64,000 nt of DNA from assembly GCA_963662545.2 (NCBI GenBank), contig CAXXLL010000003.1, positions 1,856,001 to 1,920,000 of the forward strand, given 5' to 3'. The position numbers were made by a program, and so were the translations under genes. Shown here in pieces: positions 9,896 through 21,802 of this stretch. Source of the DNA: Gammaproteobacteria bacterium. GTDB lineage: Bacteria; Pseudomonadota; Gammaproteobacteria; Ga0077536. The first letter of the stretch is position 1. Each line of letters starts with the position of its first letter. The notes below the pieces were generated by a model that made no database searches, was not told the origin of the DNA, and was given only the letters and a program-made list of their open reading frames with translations.

Positions 9896-11281
9896 ATGAA
9901 TAGGTACGATTTAGTCGTGATCGGCAGTGGTCCGGCCGGCCAAAGAGCGGCGATACAGGCGGCCAAGCTCGGCCATTCGGTCGCCGTCATCGAGCGCTCG
10001 TTCAGTATCGGCGGGGCTTGCGTACATACCGGCACGATTCCGAGCAAGACGTTGCGTGAAGCGGTGTTGTATCTCACGGGATGGCGCCAGCGCGGATTTT
10101 ACGGCCGCAGCTACCGGGTCAAGGAGCGCATCAGCGTCGAAGACCTCATGCAGCGGCTGGACATCACCGTCCGTCACGAGATCGAGCAACTGATGCACAA
10201 ATTGAGCCGCAATTTCGTTGATGTCATCGCGGGGCGCGCGGAGTTCGAATCGCCGCATACGCTTCGCATCGAGATCAAGGAGGACGAATCTCGCTTGATC
10301 GAAGCCGACAAGATCATGATCGCGACCGGCTCACGTCCGGTACAACCCCCGAACGTCCCATTCGATGCTCCCAACTTCATGGACAGCGATCACATCCTCT
10401 CGCTCCAGGAAATTCCGCGCAGCCTCGTGGTGGTCGGTGCGGGTGTGATCGGGGTGTAATACGCCTCGATTCTGAGTGCGCTCGATATCGACGTGACCGT
10501 GGTCGACGGCCGCAAGGACATGCTGGGATTTCTCGATCGTGAAATCGTCGACGAATTTGCGCATCATCTGCGTGATCGCGGCGTCAAACTCCGACTGGCA
10601 GAAACGGTGGAATCGGTCGAGGTGATTGACGACAAGAAACTCATCGTCCACCTTGCTAGCGGTAAGCGCGTGCGGGCCAACATGGCCTTGTTCGCGTCGG
10701 GACGGCAGAGCAATACCGATCAGTTGAACCTTGAGAAAGCGGGTTTGACGCCGGACGAACGTGGCCGCCTCGCAGTGGACGGATTCTTCCGCACGGAGGT
10801 CGATCACATCTATGCTGCCGGAGACGTGATCGGTTTTCCGGCGCTTGCCTCGACGTCGATGGAACAGGGCCGGCAGGGAAGCTTGCATGCCTTCGGCGAC
10901 GTCGTTAAGCCGATCGAACAAAGCCTGTTTCCGTTCGGCATCTATGCGGTCCCCGAGATGAGCGTCGTCGGTAAGACCGAGGAGGAACTGCGAAACGAGA
11001 ATATTCCTTACGAATCGGGTACGGCCCGGTTCCGGGAGACGTCGCGGGGGCAGATACTCGGGTTGCGCGAAGGACTGCTCAAATTATTGGTGCGGATTGA
11101 AGACCGGCGCCTGCTCGGCGTGCATATCGTGGGTGAAGGCGCGACCGAGCTGATTCATATCGGACAGGCGGTACTCGCACACGAGGGAAATCTCGATTTC
11201 TTCGTCGATGCGGTATTCAATTACCCGACCCTGGCGGAGACGTATAAGATCGCGGCACTAGACGCCTGGAACAAGCTGTAA
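9896..11281 (+). pseudogene. sthA: Soluble pyridine nucleotide transhydrogenase interrupted by one in-frame TAA (10457-10459)
   Basis: 'GSGPAG', 'GGACVHTGTIPSKTLRE', C-terminal 'VFNYPTLAE'; both ORF halves share a frame; GAGVIGV-TAA-YAS where GxGxxGxEYAS is expected. Confidence 0.85.
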
Positions 11282-11333
11282 TTTGAAACGACGGAGATTG
11301 CGGGCGAAAAACCTTGCCCCCAGACGCGTCCTT

Positions 11334-12680
11334 TCAACTCCCCGCCACAGCCATATGATCAATGAGGATCGATCCGCTGCGAATGTTGCCACGCAGGTCG
11401 ACGTCTGAGCCGATTTCAACGATTCCCATGAGCATGTCCTTGAGGTTGGCGGCGATCGTTACCTCCTCGACGGCCTGGGCGATCTCGCCGCGCTCCACGA
11501 TGAAGCCGCTAGCGCCGCGCGAGTAATCGCCGGTGACGGTGTTGACGCCGAAGCCCATTAGATCGGTGACGAGGAGCGCACGGTCGAGACCGGCGACCAT
11601 CGCGTCGAAATCCCGTTCTCCCTGTTGGAGGACGAGATTATGGACGCCGCCGGCATTGCCGGTTGGTGTACGGTCGAGCTTCCTCGCCGCATAGGCGCTC
11701 AAGAGATAGGTTTCGAGACGCCCCGAGGTGACGATGGCCTTGGTCACTGTCGCCACGCCGTCGCCGTCGAAAGGCGCGCTGCCGATGGCGCCCGGAAGAT
11801 GGGGTTGTTCGTGCACGTTCAGGGACGGTGCCAGCACCGCCTCGCCCAGGGCATCGAGCAGAAACGACGCGCGGCGATACTGTGCGGCGCCGGAGATGGC
11901 GGATACCAGGTGACCTATAAGGCTTGCGGCAACGCCGGCCTCGAACAAAATGGGCAGCTCGGTCGTCGGAATCTTGCGAGCGCCGAGCTTGGCGATGGTT
12001 CGTCGAGCGGCCGTCGCGCCGACGGCCTCCGGTACTTCGAGGTCTTCCGGATCACGCGCCGCGCTGTACCAGTAGCCGCGCTGCATACCCTGCGCATCGT
12101 CACCGATCATAATCGCGCTCAAAGAGTGGCGCGTACCGCGATACACACCATGAAATCCATGACTGTTCGCGTATGCATGCGCACCGCGGTATCGGTCCAC
12201 ACTGCATCCGTCCGACTGCTTGATACGCCGATCAAAACTCAAAGCGGCGCGCTCACATTCAAGCGCCAGTTCGATCGCGGCTTCGGCATCGATCTCCCAC
12301 GGGTGATCGAGCGCGAGTTCAGGAATCTCGCTGGCGAGAAACTCGGGCTCGGCAAGACCGGCACACGGATCCGATTCGGCGTAATCAGCGATGCGTTTCG
12401 CGGCCGCGATACTGTCGGCCAGCGCCTGCGCGGAGAAGTCGGAACTTGTGGCGGTCCCTTTACGGCCGCCGTGGTACACGGTTATGGCGAGTGATTTGTC
12501 GCGTTGATGCTCGACCGTTTCACAGGCACCGCCGCGCACCGTTACCGACAAACCATTGCCAGACGATATCGCGACTTCAATACCATCCACGCCCAAATCG
12601 CCGGCGCGGCTCACGATTTCGACTGCGAGACGATCCAGGGTTTCCGGGAGGCTGAAGTCCCGTTTTTCGATCGTTTTCAT
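11334..12680 (-). CDS. pmbA: Metalloprotease PmbA/TldE
   Basis: 'GSAPFDGDG', 'TGNAGGVHNL', 'GVNTVTGDYSRGASG'; likely start MKTIEK gives ~448 aa. Confidence 0.9.
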   Translation of the reverse strand: MKTIEKRDFSLPETLDRLAVEIVSRAGDLGVDGIEVAISSGNGLSVTVRGGACETVEHQRDKSLAITVYHGGRKGTATSSDFSAQALADSIAAAKRIADYAESDPCAGLAEPEFLASEIPELALDHPWEIDAEAAIELALECERAALSFDRRIKQSDGCSVDRYRGAHAYANSHGFHGVYRGTRHSLSAIMIGDDAQGMQRGYWYSAARDPEDLEVPEAVGATAARRTIAKLGARKIPTTELPILFEAGVAASLIGHLVSAISGAAQYRRASFLLDALGEAVLAPSLNVHEQPHLPGAIGSAPFDGDGVATVTKAIVTSGRLETYLLSAYAARKLDRTPTGNAGGVHNLVLQQGERDFDAMVAGLDRALLVTDLMGFGVNTVTGDYSRGASGFIVERGEIAQAVEEVTIAANLKDMLMGIVEIGSDVDLRGNIRSGSILIDHMAVAGS

Positions 12681-12905
12681 GAGAGCTATCGTAACCGCAG
12701 CGAGATGGCGCCGCGATGTTCGGCCCATTTGGCCCCGCAAGCTGTGAGCGTTTCCCTGGAGTAAAATGACCGTCCCCGAGTTGGTATGGTATGCGAAGAT
12801 GACGTTTCTGGAAGTGGTCTTAAGAATCCTCTGGAAGCCTGATATTGCATTGCACGACCTTCTCCAGTGCGGTCCGATCGTCCGGTTGATGCCGGCGAAC
12901 GCCGC

Positions 12906-15062
<2,157 letters not shown>

Positions 15063-15075
15063 AGGGAAGGGAATT

Positions 15076-16197
15076 ATGAAACGGAAGCTGAGAGGAGCGT
15101 CGTGCTTGCTGCGCGGCGGCACGGCGCTGTTGATCGCCCTGGTCGCGGGCTGCGGCGAGAGCGAAGTCGGTGAGGCCGGCCGGCCCGCGGACGAGCGCAG
15201 ATTCGAGTGGAAGTTGGTAACGTCCTTTCCGCCCAACCTGCCGGTCAATCACGAAACCGTGCACAAGTTCGCCGAGGACGTGGAAATCATGAGTCGCGGC
15301 CGACTCAAGATTCACGTGTACGCGGGCGGTGAATTGATTCCCGCGCTACAGGTTTTCGACGCGGTTTCGCAAGGGTCGGTCCAGCTCGCGCATTCCGGCG
15401 CTTACTACTGGGCCGGAAAGGTACCGGCCGCACAATTCATGGCGGCGGTGCCGTTCGGAATGACGCCAAAGGGGATCTGGGCGTGGCTGTACGGTGGCGA
15501 GGGGCTGGCGCTGTGGCGTGAGCTCTATGAACCGTTCGGCGTGATCCCGATTCCCATGGGTAATACCGGGATCCAGATGGGTGGGTGGTTTAATAAAAAA
15601 ATTGAATCCATCGACGACTTGCAAGGACTCAGAATGCGTATTCCCGGACTCGGCGGCAAAGTGCTCGCCGAAGCGGGCGGTAATCCAGTGCTATTGTCGG
15701 CCGCAGAAATCTACACGGCGCTCGAGCGCGGTACGATCGATGCGACCGAGTGGGTCGGTCCCCTGCACGACGTACGCTTCGGACTCGACCGCGCGGCGAA
15801 GTACTACTACTACCCGGGCTGGCACGAACCGGGGACGCAACTCGAATTGATCGTGAACGCGAAAGCCTGGCGCGAACTGCCGCCCGATCTTCAAAAGATC
15901 ATTGAGAATGCCGCCGCCGCCGCCAGCCTGTTCATGTACGGGACGATGGAGGTCGAAAATGCCAAGGCGTTCAGGGCGCTCAAGGATTCCGGACATGTCG
16001 AACTGGTTCAGTTTCCGCGCGACGTCATTCAAAAACTCTCGGACATGACCAAGACCGCGCTCGCCGCGGAAGCCGCTAAGGACGAAGCCTTTGCCAAGGT
16101 TTTGCTAGCCTACGAAACCTTCAGGGCAGAGCAGCTCGAATGGGACGCGGTGACGGAAAAGGCGTACTTGGAGGCCTATGAAGGTGCGAGGGAATGA
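15076..16197 (+). CDS. TRAP transporter solute-binding lipoprotein (DctP/TakP family)
   Basis: Lipobox LVAGC; 'QMGGWF', 'GLRMRIPGLGG', 'LERGTIDATEWVGP', 'YYYPGWHEPG'. Confidence 0.9.
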   Translation: MKRKLRGASCLLRGGTALLIALVAGCGESEVGEAGRPADERRFEWKLVTSFPPNLPVNHETVHKFAEDVEIMSRGRLKIHVYAGGELIPALQVFDAVSQGSVQLAHSGAYYWAGKVPAAQFMAAVPFGMTPKGIWAWLYGGEGLALWRELYEPFGVIPIPMGNTGIQMGGWFNKKIESIDDLQGLRMRIPGLGGKVLAEAGGNPVLLSAAEIYTALERGTIDATEWVGPLHDVRFGLDRAAKYYYYPGWHEPGTQLELIVNAKAWRELPPDLQKIIENAAAAASLFMYGTMEVENAKAFRALKDSGHVELVQFPRDVIQKLSDMTKTALAAEAAKDEAFAKVLLAYETFRAEQLEWDAVTEKAYLEAYEGARE

Positions 16198-16231
16198 TTC
16201 GCCGATCGGCCACAAGCGGGCGATTGGCGAA
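16198..16231. terminator. Hairpin between convergent genes (possible bidirectional terminator)
   Basis: TTCGCCGATCG...CGATTGGCGAA stem; lacks a strong U-tract. Confidence 0.45.
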
Positions 16232-16237
16232 GAACCC

Positions 16238-17152
16238 CTAGTTCGCGTTCGACACCATGTAATCGACCGCGGCCTTGACGTCCTCGTCCGAAAAATCCGG
16301 ACGCCCGCCTTTAGGCGGCATCATGCCGAACTCGCCCATGTAGCCGTCGATCGAATTGTGATAGAGCGTCTCGATGCCCTTCTCGATACGCGGGGCCCAG
16401 GCGGCGGCATCGCCGAATCTCGGCGCGCCCGCGGCGCCGGGTGCGTGGCAAATGAAACAGGCCGCGTCGTACACTTCCTTGCCCTTGCCGCCGTCTAGAT
16501 CCGGCGATGCTTCGGCGAGCACCTCGGGTTCCGACACCGGCGCCCGTTCCGTGGAGACCGTCGTCGCGCCGCCCCCGCCTACGGCGGCCATCATGTAATC
16601 GACCGAGGCGGCAATCTCTTCGTCGCTCAAGGCCGGGTTGCCGCCTTTCGGCGGCATTATTCCCGAGGACCCGGTGAACCCGTTGATGGCGTTGGCGAGA
16701 TTCGTATCACGACCTTTTTCAACGCGCTCTTCCCAGGCCGCCATGTCCCCGAATTTCGGCGCTCCGGCAATGCCCTGGGCATGACAGGTGAAGCACAGCG
16801 AATCGTAAACCCTTTTTCCGGCGTTCCCGGTTGACGGTATCTGCGCCACCGGCTCAGATTCGGCTTCCTCGATCGCCGCCTGTACGTCCGGTTGCGGGCT
16901 CGCTAAGGCAATGGATTCGGTACCGGTGTTGACCCGACCTACGGGCGCAATACGCGCGGCGGCGACAGTACGATTCCGAGAATCCTGGAATCCGCTGTTG
17001 ACGACCGCGGCGAGAGCGACCTTTCCCCGCGCTTCCTGCGCCCCGCTGTTGACGATCTTGGCAAGTACGAAAGCACCGAGCACAATGACAACGAGCCCGC
17101 CCAACAACAATGCGAGATTTTGGACAAAACTCGCATCATCTTGCTTGTTCAT
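16238..17152 (-). CDS. Membrane-anchored di-heme cytochrome c5-family protein
   Basis: N-terminal TM, 'RIAPVG', two CxxCH motifs (CFTCH, CFICH) each followed by 'GAP.FGD..AW..R' and 'MPPKGG'. Confidence 0.9.
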   Translation of the reverse strand: MNKQDDASFVQNLALLLGGLVVIVLGAFVLAKIVNSGAQEARGKVALAAVVNSGFQDSRNRTVAAARIAPVGRVNTGTESIALASPQPDVQAAIEEAESEPVAQIPSTGNAGKRVYDSLCFTCHAQGIAGAPKFGDMAAWEERVEKGRDTNLANAINGFTGSSGIMPPKGGNPALSDEEIAASVDYMMAAVGGGGATTVSTERAPVSEPEVLAEASPDLDGGKGKEVYDAACFICHAPGAAGAPRFGDAAAWAPRIEKGIETLYHNSIDGYMGEFGMMPPKGGRPDFSDEDVKAAVDYMVSNAN

Positions 17153-17586
17153 GATTTCCCCCGAACGTTTTGAGGACCTATCGCTGACCGCTCTCCGTGT
17201 GCACGTTGCGTCCAGTGAACGCGCCGGCATTATAGCGGAATCGAATGCGTTCACTAGTGCGCCGCCGCAGGCTAACAGGGGCCGTACCGCGAATCGGCAG
17301 GATAAACGCGGGTAAAAATGAGGCGGTGAATGCCCGCGTCGCGACAAGCTTGTTTGCCGCGTCGAGCGCTCGCCCGTTATCGCGGCGAGACGGCCGCGGT
17401 TCTAAAAATTCCCGCTATCGACGTAAAATGGAAAATCCGATGCGTCCTTGGGCGGGTAGGAACAAAGACGCAAGCTCATCGCCAGGGATGACAGGCGCGA
17501 TCGTAAAAGATGGTAAGACTCGCCAAACCCCGAATGGTCGACCCTTAGCGCGATCACGCGATCATCGTAGAATAAGAACCTTCATG

Positions 17587-17663
<77 letters not shown>

Positions 17664-17689
17664 TCTCAAAGTAACTAGAGACGTAACTG

Positions 17690-19309
17690 ATGATGAATAT
17701 ACAGACGAAGACGCGGCAGGACTCCCATGAGACCTTCGACGCGGTGGTGGTCGGCGCCGGATTCGCCGGCCTGTGCATGCTCTATCAACTTCGCAATCTC
17801 GGACTCTCGACGCGCGTTTACGAGGCGGGCGGCGGGGTCGGCGGCACCTGGTACTGGAACCGCTACCCGGGCGCGCGTTGTGACGTCGAGAGCCTGGAGT
17901 ATTCCTATGGATTCTCCGAGGAGATCGAGCAGGAATGGAAATGGACCGAACGCTACGCAGCGCAGTCTGAAATCGTAGCTTATATCAATCATGTGGCCGA
18001 CCGATTTGATTTGCGTGGCGACATCCAATTGGACACCCGCGTCGAGGCGGCCACGTTCAACGAAGAGACGAATGAGTGGACCATTCGCACCGACAAGGGC
18101 ACGGCGCGCGCGCGTTTTTGTATCATGGCTACAGGCTGCCTGTCTTCGACCAATACACCGGATTTCAAAGGGCAGGACACTTTTGCCGGCGCCACCTACC
18201 ACACCGGTAATTGGCCGCATGAAGACGTCGATTTCACCGGCAAGCGCGTCGGTATCATCGGGACCGGATCGTCCGGCATTCAGTCCGTTCCCGTCATCGC
18301 CGAACAAGCGACGCACTTATACGTATTTCAGCGCACGCCCAATTTTTCCGTGCCGGCGCGCAACATGCCGATGGACCCCGAATTTCAGCGGCGGATCAAG
18401 GCCGATTACCGCGGCTTCCGCAAGAATCTGCGCGACCTGCCGATTGCCTGCATGCGACCGCCGGGTGAAGAATCGGCGCTAGAGGTAACGCCCGAGGAGC
18501 GTCAGGTAGCGTACGAGGAAGCCTGGCAGCGTGGCGGCCTGTCCTTTCTCGGCACCTACTCTGATCTGATCACCAACAAGGAAGCGAACGACACGGCGGC
18601 CGACTTCGTGCGCGCCAAGATTCGCGAGATCGTCAAGGACCCGAAAGTCGCCGACATCCTGTCGCCCGATCACATCATCGGCTGTAAACGCCCGTGTTCG
18701 GATACCGGCTACTACGAAGCCTTTAACCGATACAATGTCACCCTCATCGACTTGACTGAAACCCCGCTGGAAGCGATCACGCCGGCCGGCATCAAGACTA
18801 CGAGCGAGGAGTACGGCCTTGACTGCATTGTGCTGGCGACCGGCTTCGATGCGATGACCGGATCACTGAACAAGATCGACATCCGCGGCCGGGACGGACA
18901 GAAGCTCAAAGAAAAATGGGCGCCCGGCCCGGCTACTTATCTCGGCCTGCAAACGGTCGGATTTCCCAATTTGTTCACCATCACCGGCCCCGGCAGCCCG
19001 TCGGTCCTCGCCAATATGGTGACCGGCGTCGAGCAGCACGCGGAGTGGATTTCGGACTGCATCGCTTATATTCGGGAACACGGCTATGAACGCATCGAGC
19101 CCACCGCCGAAGCCGAGGAAGCCTGGGTCATCCATGTCAACGAGGTGGCCGGCACGACGCTCTATCCGAGCTGCAATTCGTGGTACATGGGGGCGAACAT
19201 CCCCGGCAAGGCGCGGGTCTTTCTGCCTTACATCGGCGGATTTCCGACCTACGAGCGCAAGTGCAAGCAGGTCGTCGCCAACGACTACGAAGGTTTCGTC
19301 TTCAGCTAA
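17690..19309 (+). CDS. Type I Baeyer-Villiger monooxygenase (cyclohexanone/phenylacetone monooxygenase-like)
   Basis: GAGFAG, GGTWYWNRYPGARCD, FxGxxxHTxxWP fingerprint (FAGATYHTGNWP), IGTGSSG, ATGFDA. Confidence 0.93.
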   Translation: MMNIQTKTRQDSHETFDAVVVGAGFAGLCMLYQLRNLGLSTRVYEAGGGVGGTWYWNRYPGARCDVESLEYSYGFSEEIEQEWKWTERYAAQSEIVAYINHVADRFDLRGDIQLDTRVEAATFNEETNEWTIRTDKGTARARFCIMATGCLSSTNTPDFKGQDTFAGATYHTGNWPHEDVDFTGKRVGIIGTGSSGIQSVPVIAEQATHLYVFQRTPNFSVPARNMPMDPEFQRRIKADYRGFRKNLRDLPIACMRPPGEESALEVTPEERQVAYEEAWQRGGLSFLGTYSDLITNKEANDTAADFVRAKIREIVKDPKVADILSPDHIIGCKRPCSDTGYYEAFNRYNVTLIDLTETPLEAITPAGIKTTSEEYGLDCIVLATGFDAMTGSLNKIDIRGRDGQKLKEKWAPGPATYLGLQTVGFPNLFTITGPGSPSVLANMVTGVEQHAEWISDCIAYIREHGYERIEPTAEAEEAWVIHVNEVAGTTLYPSCNSWYMGANIPGKARVFLPYIGGFPTYERKCKQVVANDYEGFVFS

Positions 19310-19467
19310 ACAGCCAAACTGAATGACGAGTCAGTTTTCAAATTGCCCGCAAGCAGGTTCCTAGGTCTTTACGCCCGAGAGGATTCTCGAGGCCGCTGCT
19401 AGTCGAAATCCGCCGCCTGCGAAGCCGAAGCGCTATCAATCCCATTATGCGGTAGGGCGCAAGGCCA

Positions 19468-19725
19468 TCAATCGGCCTTGTCGCGCGCTTGCAGCCGTGC
19501 CCGAATCCGTTCTCTCGCGTCTTGCTTAAGTGTTTCCCGCGGCGGTTCATCATTTCCCGCCAGCCGCGACGCGCAGCGACGCATGGTCTCCAGTTGCTTT
19601 TTATATAACCTGCAAGGGCCGCAGATGAGGCGGTGGAGCGCAAGCCGCACGATTTCGCCCGCCGTCAATTTGCGGTCATACGAGGCGGACGTCAGCGTCG
19701 AGGCTTCACTGCAGTCGATTTTCAT
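19468..19725 (-). CDS. zf-HC2 (ZAS) anti-sigma factor
   Basis: N-terminal C..A..L.S and HxxxCxxC (HRLICGPC); abuts sigma gene. Confidence 0.85.
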   Translation of the reverse strand: MKIDCSEASTLTSASYDRKLTAGEIVRLALHRLICGPCRLYKKQLETMRRCASRLAGNDEPPRETLKQDARERIRARLQARDKAD

Positions 19726-20298
19726 TCAGGTCGCTCCGTTCCACTGCACGTCGAGACAGGACCTGACCCGCTCTCTTCCACGTGACAACATGACCCATAG
19801 GTTGTTAGCCGTCGAAATATTCAAAATCTGAAGCAACGCTTCCGTTTCGTGGCCGTCGATTTCCCGCAGGACGAATGCCATGCGGAGTTTTTCCGGCAGC
19901 CGTTGCACACAAGTCATCATCGCTTCTTTCAATTGCGCGTTCTGCGCGACGAGCGCCGGATCACCCCAATGAGCCGGTGCGCTGACCCAATGGCCCGTGG
20001 CATCAAATTTCTCGGTCCATTCGTTACCGTCTTCGAGATCGGCCTCGTAGGACTCCTCGCGGCTCGATTTACGCACGTGATCAACGATCTTGTTCTTGAG
20101 AATGCCGGTCAACCAGGTGCGTTCGCTCGACTTACCCCCGAAATCGGCGAGGCCGGTAAGGCCGGCCAGCAGCGTATCCTGCACCAGGTCTTCCGCCAGC
20201 GCCTGATTTCGTACACGCATCACCGCATAGGCGAACAATGCGTCGCCGTGCGCATCAAGCCACTGCTCGGGATCGGTGCTGGCTTTGGCGGTTTCCAT
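19726..20298 (-). CDS. ECF RNA polymerase sigma factor
   Basis: Region 2 'AEDLVQDT..A...F.GKSSERTWL.GILKNKIVD'; region 4 'LREIDG...NNLWVMLSRGR'. Confidence 0.93.
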   Translation of the reverse strand: METAKASTDPEQWLDAHGDALFAYAVMRVRNQALAEDLVQDTLLAGLTGLADFGGKSSERTWLTGILKNKIVDHVRKSSREESYEADLEDGNEWTEKFDATGHWVSAPAHWGDPALVAQNAQLKEAMMTCVQRLPEKLRMAFVLREIDGHETEALLQILNISTANNLWVMLSRGRERVRSCLDVQWNGAT

Positions 20299-20416
20299 CG
20301 TCGGAATACAAGCGTCTGAACATGTCGGCCGCTCACTATGGACGGGAAAAAAAATTCTGTACAGGACTGCCGCCGAGTAGAGCCCGGCGGCAGGGTGTTC
20401 TGCGGTAGCAGGGTTC

Positions 20417-20653
20417 CTACGACCAGGGACGAAACACCGAGCCGGAGTTCTCGGAAATCTTTACCTGCCCTTCGATTACGTCCATCGGTATGTCCCGATC
20501 CCGCCAGGGCGCAAAACCAACCGGGGTGGTTGCAAGCTGGGTGCTGGCAGACGCTTCGCGAGCGACATCACGGTCGTTCCAGGGAGAAAATCCGCCGGCA
20601 AAAACCGATTGCACGGCCATCGTCAGAGTGATTGCTGTCAAAAGTCTTTTCAT
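20417..20653 (-). CDS. Small secreted protein (78 aa) with three F-x-P-W repeats
   Basis: RBS GAGGA upstream; Sec signal MKRLLTAITLTMAVQSVFA; GFSPWNDRD / GFAPWRDRD / VFRPWS. Confidence 0.65.
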   Translation of the reverse strand: MKRLLTAITLTMAVQSVFAGGFSPWNDRDVAREASASTQLATTPVGFAPWRDRDIPMDVIEGQVKISENSGSVFRPWS

Positions 20654-20710
20654 GTCGTCCATCCTCAGTTGAGTGCTAAAAAACGAAGCACAGATTTCGT
20701 GTTCGAGGCT

Positions 20711-20738
20711 TAGTCGCTCGAAACGGGAAATCCTTACA
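20711..20738 (-). promoter_or_regulatory. Candidate ECF-type promoter TGTAAGG-N15-CGACTA
   Basis: Lies ~60 bp upstream of the small-protein/sigma/anti-sigma unit; ECF-like -35/-10 composition; inference only. Confidence 0.4.
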
Positions 20739-20858
20739 GGCTTTTTCTGAAACGGACGGCATATTCGATCACCCGCGTTTTCGGCGGGGTCGCATCTGGC
20801 GGGAAATATTGGATTGAACGTCTTTAGAATGAAGCATGTCCCACGCGCAGACAATCGT

Positions 20859-21605
20859 CTAAGGCCGAAACGGCAGGAACTTCTTCTCGATGTCCGTGAG
20901 GACGGTGTCGGCCCATTCGAAACGCGATGCGCCGCGCACGATGACGCCTGCTTGCTGGGCTTGAGGCCCGCTTTCCTTCGTGAAAAAAACGGGCGAAGTC
21001 ACGGGATAGTAACCAATATCGCTGAGTTCGTTGAGGGTCAGGATGAAGCCCTTCATGTAGAGCGTGCCGCCGTCATCGCGCGGCATCGAGGTCGAGATCA
21101 GCCGGATTCGGCCATCGTCGGAGCGTACGACGAAATGAAGCACGCCGAGGTTCGGTGGAATCAGGACGTCTCCGCCGAAATGATATTCATAAGCCCTGCC
21201 CGTATCCGCCCGGTTGCGTTGGTTTTCTGAAAACCGCAGCGCGCCGACGTCATCGTCCCAGGTCACGTTTAAGTAACTGGCAATGATGTGATCAGGCGTA
21301 TCGAACGAGCGCCGGTAGCCGGTGTAATTGCCGGCATAGGACTGCACGGCGTCCCTGCGGTAGCCCCCGTAGTCGGCGGGGGCGGCTCTATCGTCTTGCG
21401 GCGGCGCTAGTGGGGCGAGCGTCAGCTTCAGCGCCTGTTCGATCCACTGCAATGTCTGCATGCGCACGGCCTGCCCTCTGCGGAGCCGATCGACTGTCTT
21501 GCGATCGACGCCGGCTCGGCGCGCAACGTCCTGCGAAGATATCCGCGCCTTGGACAGGTAGGCATTCAATTGCCCGGCAACGTGTTCCCAGTCGGGTTTC
21601 GACAT
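20859..21605 (-). CDS. XRE/Cro-type HTH protein with unrecognised C-terminal domain
   Basis: 'SSQDVARRAGVDRKTVDRLRRG' HTH; beta-rich C-terminus; divergent from sortase substrate. Confidence 0.7.
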   Translation of the reverse strand: MSKPDWEHVAGQLNAYLSKARISSQDVARRAGVDRKTVDRLRRGQAVRMQTLQWIEQALKLTLAPLAPPQDDRAAPADYGGYRRDAVQSYAGNYTGYRRSFDTPDHIIASYLNVTWDDDVGALRFSENQRNRADTGRAYEYHFGGDVLIPPNLGVLHFVVRSDDGRIRLISTSMPRDDGGTLYMKGFILTLNELSDIGYYPVTSPVFFTKESGPQAQQAGVIVRGASRFEWADTVLTDIEKKFLPFRP

Positions 21606-21802
21606 CCGCGAAGCCTTCCGAATCGAGCGTGACAAGTTTACCCCGGTTGTGGACACGGGGGCGGTTGAGGAATTTCGGCCCGCTCCGGTACCGAAATCGG
21701 CCCATTCAATCCCGTGACTTTCCTTCAATTGCCCGGGTCGTGGGCTTTCTGTCCGCATTGCGCGGCTAGGCTCGAACCCATAGAAGTAAACGGAGCAGTC
21801 TC

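Noticed and set aside
10457-10459. Selenocysteine/pyrrolysine or stop-codon reassignment in sthA
   Set aside because: The codon is TAA at a conserved Glu position, and TAA is used as a true stop elsewhere
17153-17347. N-terminal extension of cytochrome c5
   Set aside because: A GGGGA RBS precedes ATG 17152 and the TM anchor follows; the upstream part looks like promoter region
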